NCBI GenBank assembly: GCA_963667725.2
Contig: CAXXHO010000003.1
Span: 1,408,001 to 1,472,000 of the forward strand
Source: Treponemataceae bacterium
GTDB taxonomy: Bacteria; Spirochaetota; Spirochaetia; Treponematales; Rectinemataceae
Length of the DNA: 64,000 nucleotides
Reading direction: 5' to 3'
The notes beneath the pieces are model-generated. The model saw only the letters and a program-made list of their open reading frames with translations, had not been told where the DNA came from and did not search any database. Both the position numbers and the translations under genes were made by a program. This document shows, in pieces, positions 57,410 to 64,000 of this stretch (positions are counted from its first letter, which is position 1; the number at the start of each line of letters is the position of its first letter).

Positions 57410-58239
57410 CGGCTGGGCGGTATCTCGGCCGCTCCATCGCCCTTCTGGGTTCCGTAATCGCCGAACTGGGCGTGGTTGCCGCCGGCTATTCTGACGTAGC
57501 TGGCAGAATCGGGAAGCAGGGTCTTGGCTTTGCCGATTTTTTCCTGCGTAGCGAGCATATCGTTGGAGGCCGAGACGCTGAGGACCCTGATCCTGGTCTC
57601 GGCTAGAGAGCCTGACGCGGCGGGATAGGAGGCGAGGAAGACAATCCCGTCGACGAGGTCCTGGTGTTGCTTCGCGAAGCCGGACGCTGCCACGCCGCCG
57701 AGGGAATGCCCGGCCAGCACCCATTTTCGGACGCCGGGAAGCGCGACTATGGAGCGGGAGGCCGCCTGCGCGTCGAAAATCGCGAACCCCAGCCTGACAT
57801 CGAGGAGGACGGCCGGATAGCCCGCTTCGGCTACAGCCCGACCCAGGTAGGAATAGGCTTCCTTGGGCACTTTGGCTCCCGGGTACAAAATGAAGCCCAG
57901 CGCGGCATTTTCAGAACCCTCGGGCAGGAAATAGAGATCCCCGCCTTCCTCATATATGTCGATGGACGATGTGGGAGTCCGCAGGGCCGGATCGGAACGA
58001 TCCGGAAGCGGCGAGAATATCTGTATGAGGGCGGCGGCAAGAATCGCCAAGACCGCCAGCGCGAAAAAGGCTTTCAGTCGATAACCGCAGCCTTTCTTCA
58101 CGGCGGATTTTGAGTCTTGGGACGATTTTGCTCTGTCTGACGGCGCGGTATCGCTGGTTGGCGTGGCTTTACTGGATGGGGCGGTGTCGCTGGAGGGCTC
58201 CGGCTTTTCGTTCATCGCTGTCTGTTTCCTGCGGTTCAT
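57355..58239 (-). CDS. Membrane-anchored alpha/beta hydrolase
   Basis: ILYPGAKV, AGHSLGG nucleophile elbow, LASY, GGNHAQFGDYG. Start is 58239 or 58215. Confidence 0.88.
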   Translation of the reverse strand: MNRRKQTAMNEKPEPSSDTAPSSKATPTSDTAPSDRAKSSQDSKSAVKKGCGYRLKAFFALAVLAILAAALIQIFSPLPDRSDPALRTPTSSIDIYEEGGDLYFLPEGSENAALGFILYPGAKVPKEAYSYLGRAVAEAGYPAVLLDVRLGFAIFDAQAASRSIVALPGVRKWVLAGHSLGGVAASGFAKQHQDLVDGIVFLASYPAASGSLAETRIRVLSVSASNDMLATQEKIGKAKTLLPDSASYVRIAGGNHAQFGDYGTQKGDGAAEIPPSRQQGSVVESVLALLASLR

Positions 58240-58318
58240 AAAAAAAGTATATATGATCCATGTACAAATGGACAGTTGTTTTGCATACTGGGATCGAATT
58301 CACAACCAAGGTGAGAGG

Positions 58319-59752
58319 ATGAAGGACAAAGAGGATTTATCGGCATTGGATCGCATTCCGGTGGCTCTGGACGGCGCTCAGGCGGCGCGGAAAGACGGCC
58401 TGGCCGCGGCGGCGGGGACCGGTACCGCCGCTCGGGATGACCTGCCCCTGCCGTCGAGAATTCCGCTGCTCGCTTCCATCGACGCGCTCTATCCGCCGGA
58501 TTCGCTGGATGCCCAAAGGCTTCGATACGGGAAACTGAAGAATAATTTTTTCAGGCATTTCCCGGATAGGCAGGCCTTGTCGGAACCGCTTTTCTTCTCG
58601 GCGCCGGGCAGGACAGAGCTATGCGGGAACCATACCGACCACAACAACGGAAGGGTGCTGGCCGCAGCCATCAGCCTCGACACGATCGGGGCCACCGCGC
58701 CGCGCTCGGACACCCTCGTCCGCATCGTCTCGGAAGGCTTTGGCGCCTTCGAGCTAGACTTGGCCGACCTTTCGGTCCTGCCGGAGGAAGGGGGGGGCTC
58801 GGCGGCCATCGTGAGGGGAATGGCGGCCGGGTTGGCGGAGCTCGCGGTGCGGCGCGGCTCAATGCCTCAAATCCAAGGCTTCGACGCTTACATTGAATCA
58901 AAAATCCTTCCCGGTTCGGGACTCTCCAGTTCAGCTGCTTTCGAAGTGCTCATCGGCGGAATCTTCGGCGTTTTTTCCGGCAACGAGATATCGCCCATGG
59001 AAATAGCCCGAATCGGCCAATTCGCGGAGAACGAGTATTTCGGCAAACCCTGCGGTCTCATGGACCAGATGGCCTGTGCCCTGGGCGGCACGACAGCCAT
59101 CGATTTCGGCGAGGCGGACAGGATAAAAGTGGAACTCCTGCGCTTCGATCCAGGCGAATATGGTCTTTCCCTCGTCATTGTGGCCACCGGCGGCAGCCAT
59201 GCCGATCTCACCGAGGATTACGCGGCGATTCCCTGCGAAATGAAAGCTGTCGCGGCGTTACTCGGCCGCTCAACGTTAGCCGGCACATCCACTGACGGTC
59301 TGCTCGCCCAAGCGGGAGAAATACGGAAATCCTGCGGCGACAGGGCCTTTCTGCGCGCCTGGCATTTCGTCAAGGAAACGGAACGTCCCGCGGCCCTGCG
59401 GAACGCGATCCGGAAAGCGGACATCGCCGCCTATCTGGCCACGATATGCGATTCTGGTAATTCCAGCGCGAAATATCTCCAGAATTTGTATTCACCGAAA
59501 AACCCATCGGAACAGGGGCTTCTCATAGCTCTCGCCGCCACAGAGGACTTCCTCGCCGGAAGCGGCGCGTGCAGGGTCCATGGCGGAGGTTTCGCTGGCA
59601 CGATTCAGTCCTACGTACCGACCTCTGAGCTGCAGGCTTACAAAACCCTCATGGAATCCCTATTCGGTCCGTACTGCGTTTTTCCCTTGCGAATCCGTCC
59701 CTTCGGTGTAGTATGTATCGAAAACCCACAAGGAGCGTTCGATGAAAGATGA
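58319..59752 (+). CDS. galK: Galactokinase
   Basis: SAPGRTELCGNHTDHNNG, PGSGLSSSAA, GKPCGLMDQ, RVHGGGFAGT. Start placed at ATG 58319. Confidence 0.92.
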   Translation: MKDKEDLSALDRIPVALDGAQAARKDGLAAAAGTGTAARDDLPLPSRIPLLASIDALYPPDSLDAQRLRYGKLKNNFFRHFPDRQALSEPLFFSAPGRTELCGNHTDHNNGRVLAAAISLDTIGATAPRSDTLVRIVSEGFGAFELDLADLSVLPEEGGGSAAIVRGMAAGLAELAVRRGSMPQIQGFDAYIESKILPGSGLSSSAAFEVLIGGIFGVFSGNEISPMEIARIGQFAENEYFGKPCGLMDQMACALGGTTAIDFGEADRIKVELLRFDPGEYGLSLVIVATGGSHADLTEDYAAIPCEMKAVAALLGRSTLAGTSTDGLLAQAGEIRKSCGDRAFLRAWHFVKETERPAALRNAIRKADIAAYLATICDSGNSSAKYLQNLYSPKNPSEQGLLIALAATEDFLAGSGACRVHGGGFAGTIQSYVPTSELQAYKTLMESLFGPYCVFPLRIRPFGVVCIENPQGAFDER

Positions 59753-61031
59753 CAAGAAAGGCTTCAAGCCTTACCTGAAACTGACTTTCCTGATTGGTTT
59801 CGGATTCTTCACCATGGGTCTCATGGATCCGCTCTACGACACCTATGTGCCGATCTTTCTGGGGAAATATGTCTCATCGATGACGCTCGTCGGCCTCATC
59901 ATGACGCTCGACAACATCTTCGCCCTTTTCCTCATTCCCCTGTCCAGCGTGCTTTCGGACAGGACAGACACGAAGATCGGCCGAAGGATGCCCTACATCG
60001 TCACGCTCCTTCCCCTGACCGCGATTTTCTTCGGCGCCATGCCCTACGCTGCCGCCGCGTCGCTCGGCGCCCTGATAGCGCTCATCTTCTGCCTTAATCT
60101 CGCGAAACAAGGGGCTCGAGGCCCGGTTGTCGCGCTCATGCCCGACATAATACCCGCCGAATTCAGATCCGAGGCCAACGGCGTCATCAACACGATGGGC
60201 GGCATCGCCACGATAGTGGGCACCATCGGTCTCGCCCGCCTCATGGATATCGACATCGTGCTTCCGATCATCGGCAGTACGAAAGACCGCCTTCCCTTCC
60301 CTCTCGCGGGCATCCTCGTGATATTGGCGGTGATCCTTCTTTTCCTCTTCGTCAAGGAAAAAAAGCACCCCTCCGGCGCTTCTTCCGAAAAGAAGGAGCC
60401 CCTCCTCGCGAGCTTCAAGGCGGTGGCCGGGCAATCGGACAAGAGCGCCCTCTACATTCTCATTTCACTTTTCCTGTGGTTCCTGGGCTATCAGGGCGTC
60501 CTTCCCTTCATCGGCAAGTACTCCATCGACATTCTTAAAACCTCCTCGGGGACGGCGGCCCTCGCCGCGGGCATGGTGGGCGTGGCCTACGCGATTTTCG
60601 CCATACCCTCGGGGTATATCGCCCATAAGAACGGACGCAAAAAGACGATACGCACGAGCCTTATCGTGATCGCCTGTCTCACCACGCTTTTGTTCTTCCA
60701 CGATCCTCTCACCGCCAGCCTCCCAGCCTCGCTACGTCTCTACAGCTTCTGGCTCATAATGTTCGTGTTCGGCATGTTCTGGGTGTCGGTGGTAACCAAC
60801 TCTTTCCCGATGCTCTGGCAGATGGCGAGCTGGGGAACCATGGGAATCTACACAGGACTCTACTACACGGCGAGCCAGGGGGCAGCCATTCTCGCGCCCA
60901 TCCTCACGGGCGCCATCATCGACATTGTCGGCTACAGGGGCATCTTCCTCTTCTGTTCGATCTGCATGGTCGCTGCCTTCCTCGTGATGGGCAAAGTTCG
61001 TTCCGGCGAAGCCGAATCGAAAACAGCGTGA
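59742..61031 (+). CDS. MFS sugar transporter (GPH/SLC45-like)
   Basis: About 12 TM segments; LSDRTDTKIGRRMPY, ALMPD, RSEANG. Overlaps the galK stop. Confidence 0.88.
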   Translation: MKDDKKGFKPYLKLTFLIGFGFFTMGLMDPLYDTYVPIFLGKYVSSMTLVGLIMTLDNIFALFLIPLSSVLSDRTDTKIGRRMPYIVTLLPLTAIFFGAMPYAAAASLGALIALIFCLNLAKQGARGPVVALMPDIIPAEFRSEANGVINTMGGIATIVGTIGLARLMDIDIVLPIIGSTKDRLPFPLAGILVILAVILLFLFVKEKKHPSGASSEKKEPLLASFKAVAGQSDKSALYILISLFLWFLGYQGVLPFIGKYSIDILKTSSGTAALAAGMVGVAYAIFAIPSGYIAHKNGRKKTIRTSLIVIACLTTLLFFHDPLTASLPASLRLYSFWLIMFVFGMFWVSVVTNSFPMLWQMASWGTMGIYTGLYYTASQGAAILAPILTGAIIDIVGYRGIFLFCSICMVAAFLVMGKVRSGEAESKTA

Positions 61032-61037
61032 GGGATG

Positions 61038-61066
61038 TTGATAATTCTACGATTACTGCCGATAAT
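61038..61066 (+). promoter_or_regulatory. Putative sigma-70 promoter of the small basic protein gene
   Basis: TTGATA-17 bp-GATAAT. Confidence 0.55.
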
Positions 61067-61161
61067 AAGGGAAGCGCTTTTATGCGCTCGCAAGCGGGCT
61101 CGCAACCCGCCCAGCCCCTGTCGGGACTCAGGAAATTCTACTCTTAATAGGAGGATCGGAT

Positions 61162-61272
61162 ATGAAATCACAGGATAGACCGAAGTCGGCGGAGAAAAAG
61201 AAGCCGCAGAAGACGCTCAAGGAAAAGAGGGCCGAAAAAAAGGCCAAGAAGGATACCAAGACCGAAGACTGA
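61162..61272 (+). CDS. Small Lys-rich protein (36 aa), absent from the ORF track
   Basis: AGGAGG 7 nt before ATG; MKSQDRPKSAEKKKPQKTLKEKRAEKKAKKDTKTED*; flanked by a promoter and a terminator. Confidence 0.75.
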   Translation: MKSQDRPKSAEKKKPQKTLKEKRAEKKAKKDTKTED

Positions 61273-61290
61273 AAACGTCTATTGAAAAGC

Positions 61291-61321
61291 GAAGAGACCG
61301 CCTCGTGCGGTCTCTTTTTTT
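61291..61321 (+). terminator. Intrinsic terminator
   Basis: AAGAGACCGC-ctcgt-GCGGTCTCTT followed by a T-run. Confidence 0.85.
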
Positions 61322-61359
61322 GCCCCGATTCTCGCGTATTTCTCCGTGACGCGGCCGCT

Positions 61360-61947
61360 TCAGCGGGCTACAGGCGCCCCCACGGAGAGCAGATCTTTCC
61401 TCAGCGATGCCGCGTCGGTATAAAGAAAGGCCCGCATGCCGAGCGCTCGCGCCGCTTCGACATTCTTCGGACTGTCGTCCGTGAAAAATGCCCGCTCGGG
61501 CGCGACCCCTTCGCTCTCGAGGATTTCTCGCCAGAAAAGCGGATCGGGCTTGCTCCTGTGCATGATGTGCGAGGCATACACGGCGTGGAAGGGTTCGTAC
61601 ATGCCCAACATCTCGTTTATCGCGTGATGGCAGTCGATCGTGTTCGTTCCGCAGACGGTTCTGGCGCCCAAGGCCAATTCGCGCACGAGAGCGAAAGTCG
61701 GCTCGTCGCGCGTGGGTTTGAAACATTCGGCCCACCAATTTCGCTCAACCTTGATCCCTGTGCGCGCCTCGAAGCGGCGCCAGAATCCGCCCGAATCTAT
61801 TTCCCCATTGGACATGAGGATCATATCGGGGGGAAGCAGCTTGAGCAGAGTTTCCCTCTCCATCCCCATGGCGGCGGCCACGTCGCCGAGCACCATATGG
61901 TTGCGGATGAGCACGCCGCCTTCGTCGAAAATGTAGAGATCGATCAT
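61360..61947 (-). CDS. HAD-family phosphatase (YihX-like)
   Basis: MIDLYIFDEGGVL, GTNT, SKPDP, FTDDSPKNVEAA. Start placed at ATG 61947, overlapping the upstream stop. Confidence 0.88.
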   Translation of the reverse strand: MIDLYIFDEGGVLIRNHMVLGDVAAAMGMERETLLKLLPPDMILMSNGEIDSGGFWRRFEARTGIKVERNWWAECFKPTRDEPTFALVRELALGARTVCGTNTIDCHHAINEMLGMYEPFHAVYASHIMHRSKPDPLFWREILESEGVAPERAFFTDDSPKNVEAARALGMRAFLYTDAASLRKDLLSVGAPVAR

Positions 61948-62825
61948 GTCTTGCTCCCCGAATAGACGCCCGCGCCCTGGAGGAAATACTTTGACATGGA
62001 GAAGAAGAGTATGAATACAGGCAGGGCAGCGATCACCGCCACGGCCATCATGGTGCCTTCGTCCGCTGTTAGATCGGCCGTATAACGTACGATGTAGGAG
62101 GGAATCGTCTTGAGCTTGTCCGACTGCGTTATGAGGAGGGGCCAGAGAAGGTTGTCCCATTGGCCTCTGAACGCGAGAATCGCGAGGGTCGCGATCGCCG
62201 GCCGGGCGTTCTTGAACACTATGCTGCGAAAAATCCGCGGTTCGGAACAGCCGTCTATCCTCGCCGCATCCAGAAGCTCATCGGGGAAACCGAGCAGGTA
62301 CTGCCGCATCAGGAAAACGCCGAAGGCGCTGGTTAGAAAGGGCAGAATGAGGCCGGCGTAGCTGTCCTGAAGGCCGAGTTTGACCGCGGTCAGGTAGAGG
62401 GGGATCATGACAGCCTCGAAAGGAATCATCATGGTGGACATTATGCCCATGAAAACGATGTTCCTGCCCCTGAACTTAAATTTAGCGAGTCCATATCCCA
62501 CGCAGGAAGCGAGCGTGATCGAGGAGAGAGCGACCGTGGTGGCCACGATGAAGGAATTCAGGATGTTCCGGAGATATATCCAGTCGCCGTCGCTTCCCTG
62601 GAGAGCGCGCGCATAATTTGACCAGAGGGGTTTCGCGGGAATCCAGCGGTAGGGAATCGACGTGACGTCGGAACCCGGCATGAGAGAGGCTCCCGCCATA
62701 AAAGCGAAGGGAATGATGGCGATGCACGATACCGCCACGAGGATGGCCATCGCGAGGAAATTCCCTGCGCGATGCGCGGTGATGTGTCCCGGAACGCGGT
62801 GGAGGCTTGGGTTTGTTTTCTTCAC
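61944..62825 (-). CDS. Carbohydrate ABC transporter permease
   Basis: KFKFRGRN, ELLDAARIDG, WDNLLWP. GTG start at 62825 behind GGAGG. Confidence 0.9.
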   Translation of the reverse strand: MKKTNPSLHRVPGHITAHRAGNFLAMAILVAVSCIAIIPFAFMAGASLMPGSDVTSIPYRWIPAKPLWSNYARALQGSDGDWIYLRNILNSFIVATTVALSSITLASCVGYGLAKFKFRGRNIVFMGIMSTMMIPFEAVMIPLYLTAVKLGLQDSYAGLILPFLTSAFGVFLMRQYLLGFPDELLDAARIDGCSEPRIFRSIVFKNARPAIATLAILAFRGQWDNLLWPLLITQSDKLKTIPSYIVRYTADLTADEGTMMAVAVIAALPVFILFFSMSKYFLQGAGVYSGSKT

Positions 62826-63730
62826 ATATCCTCCCCGGAGCCGCCGGCGCGAACCTGCAGCCAGGCGAGGATGAGGAGCGTGACGAAGAGCAGGAGGCTC
62901 ATCACGCTGGCCCTGCCCAGATTCTGCTCGATGATGGCCGTATCGTAGATATTGAGCGTCAGCACGTTGATGGGCGCCAATGGAGCCCCCCTCTGGGTGA
63001 ACAGGTACTGGGTGGAAAAAGTCTTGAGGCTGCCGGTAAATATCATGACCGACACTAAAGCCATCGTCGGTTTCAGAAGGGGAATCGTTATACGCGTCAG
63101 CCGCTGCCAGGCGTTGGCTCCGTCTATGACCGAAGCCTCGATGACGGACAGGGGTATTTTGCCTATGCCAGTGACAAAAAGAATGCAGTAGTAGCCGACG
63201 GTTTTCCATATGTATACGAGCATCGTGGATATCTGGACCATGGCGGCGTCAGCCAGCCAGCGATGGTCGATTCCGGGCGTCCCCATGATCCCGTTCAAAA
63301 ATTGATTGGCCAGGCCGCGAGGGTCGAACATGATGGCCCATACGCTCGCGGTGACGACTGAGGAAAGGACGGCCGGGGAATACAGAGCCATCTGGAAGAC
63401 TCGCCTTCCCTTGGTGCGAGTAGCGATGAGAACACCCAGAAGGAGTGAGGCCACGAATATGGGCACAAAAACGCCCAGGCAGAAGGTGGCCGAGGCGCGC
63501 ACGGAATTCCAGAAGTCGGGCGACGTGAGCACCTTCGCGTAGTTCTGGAAGCCTATGAATTTCGGGGGTTTCAGCGAGAGCAGCCTTTTATTGTGGAAGG
63601 AAGTCCAGATCGCGTAGAGGATGGGGTAAAGCGAGAAGGTCGAGAAAAAAAGAACGCCAGGAGCGGCGAATACCCACCCCCAGCTGTTTCTTTTCGTTTC
63701 AAGGGATTTCTTGGCATGGGTGACTGACAT
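62822..63730 (-). CDS. Carbohydrate ABC transporter permease
   Basis: FIGFQNY and EASVIDGANAWQRLTRITIPLLKPT. Confidence 0.9.
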   Translation of the reverse strand: MSVTHAKKSLETKRNSWGWVFAAPGVLFFSTFSLYPILYAIWTSFHNKRLLSLKPPKFIGFQNYAKVLTSPDFWNSVRASATFCLGVFVPIFVASLLLGVLIATRTKGRRVFQMALYSPAVLSSVVTASVWAIMFDPRGLANQFLNGIMGTPGIDHRWLADAAMVQISTMLVYIWKTVGYYCILFVTGIGKIPLSVIEASVIDGANAWQRLTRITIPLLKPTMALVSVMIFTGSLKTFSTQYLFTQRGAPLAPINVLTLNIYDTAIIEQNLGRASVMSLLLFVTLLILAWLQVRAGGSGEDM

Positions 63731-63822
63731 CTATGGATTCCTGTGAAAGGCCGGAAATTAAAGGCCGATACCGCAGGGCATCGGCCTCGATCGGAATTTC
63801 AGCTGAGAAAAGGGGGCCGAAA

Positions 63823-64000
63823 TCAGTCGGCTTCGTCCAAAACCGCCTGAGCGCTCTTGCGCAGTTTGTCGAGAGCGTCCTTGGGTTCAACGCCGGCGAG
63901 CATGACGCTTTCGAAGGCTGCCTTGAGGAGGGCGTTCAGGCGCGAGCTGCCCTTTCCGATATAGACAATCTTGGCGGCATCGAAGTCCTTCATGAAGACA
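63823..64000 (-). CDS. C-terminal fragment of a sugar ABC transporter substrate-binding protein
   Basis: Manual translation ...VFMKDFDAAKIVYIG...AAFESVMLAGVEPKDALDKLRKSAQAVLDEAD*, directly upstream of two permeases. Confidence 0.75.
   Translation of the reverse strand, partial: VFMKDFDAAKIVYIGKGSSRLNALLKAAFESVMLAGVEPKDALDKLRKSAQAVLDEAD

Noticed and set aside
1..64000. Long antisense or alternative-frame ORFs (e.g. 7022-8485 +, 9604-11085 -, 18491-20209 +, 30425-32248 -)
   Set aside because: They are shadows of well-supported genes, as expected in GC-rich DNA, and show no motifs.
1..64000. CRISPR arrays, tRNA/rRNA genes, transposases, integrases, prophage or defence systems
   Set aside because: I saw no regularly spaced repeats, cloverleaf or rRNA signatures, or mobility/defence motifs. 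The UvrD helicase and EEP protein sit in housekeeping contexts.

Overview
A GC-rich, gene-dense stretch of a bacterial chromosome. It is most likely from an anaerobic spirochaete. That is an inference from the short TGS-less ThrRS, PPi-dependent phosphofructokinase, the lolA-rodZ-rimO-pcrA run, an ankyrin lipoprotein, and GerMN and FMN-binding proteins. Content is mostly housekeeping and metabolic: malic enzyme, a Ugp-like glycerophosphodiester uptake/catabolism cluster, thrS, clpS-clpA-aat, a B12 radical SAM enzyme, nlpD-like and RpoS-like genes, glgA, the gcvT-H-PA-PB operon, an ornithine/lysine decarboxylase, galK with an MFS permease, and the end of a sugar ABC operon. I found no tRNA/rRNA, transposase, prophage or CRISPR array. 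The most interesting signals are non-coding or translational. (1) A complete Thr (ACC) T-box riboswitch upstream of thrS, with unusual insertions and a terminator-like hairpin lacking a U-tract. (2) An RpoS-like sigma gene behind a sigma-54-type promoter, whose N-terminus is interrupted by an in-frame TAA and overlapped by an alternative ORF carrying an in-phase A_AAA_AAC -1 slippery site. (3) gcvT apparently starting at ACG. (4) An unannotated 36-aa basic small protein with its own promoter and terminator. All calls come from reading the sequence; no database searches were run.
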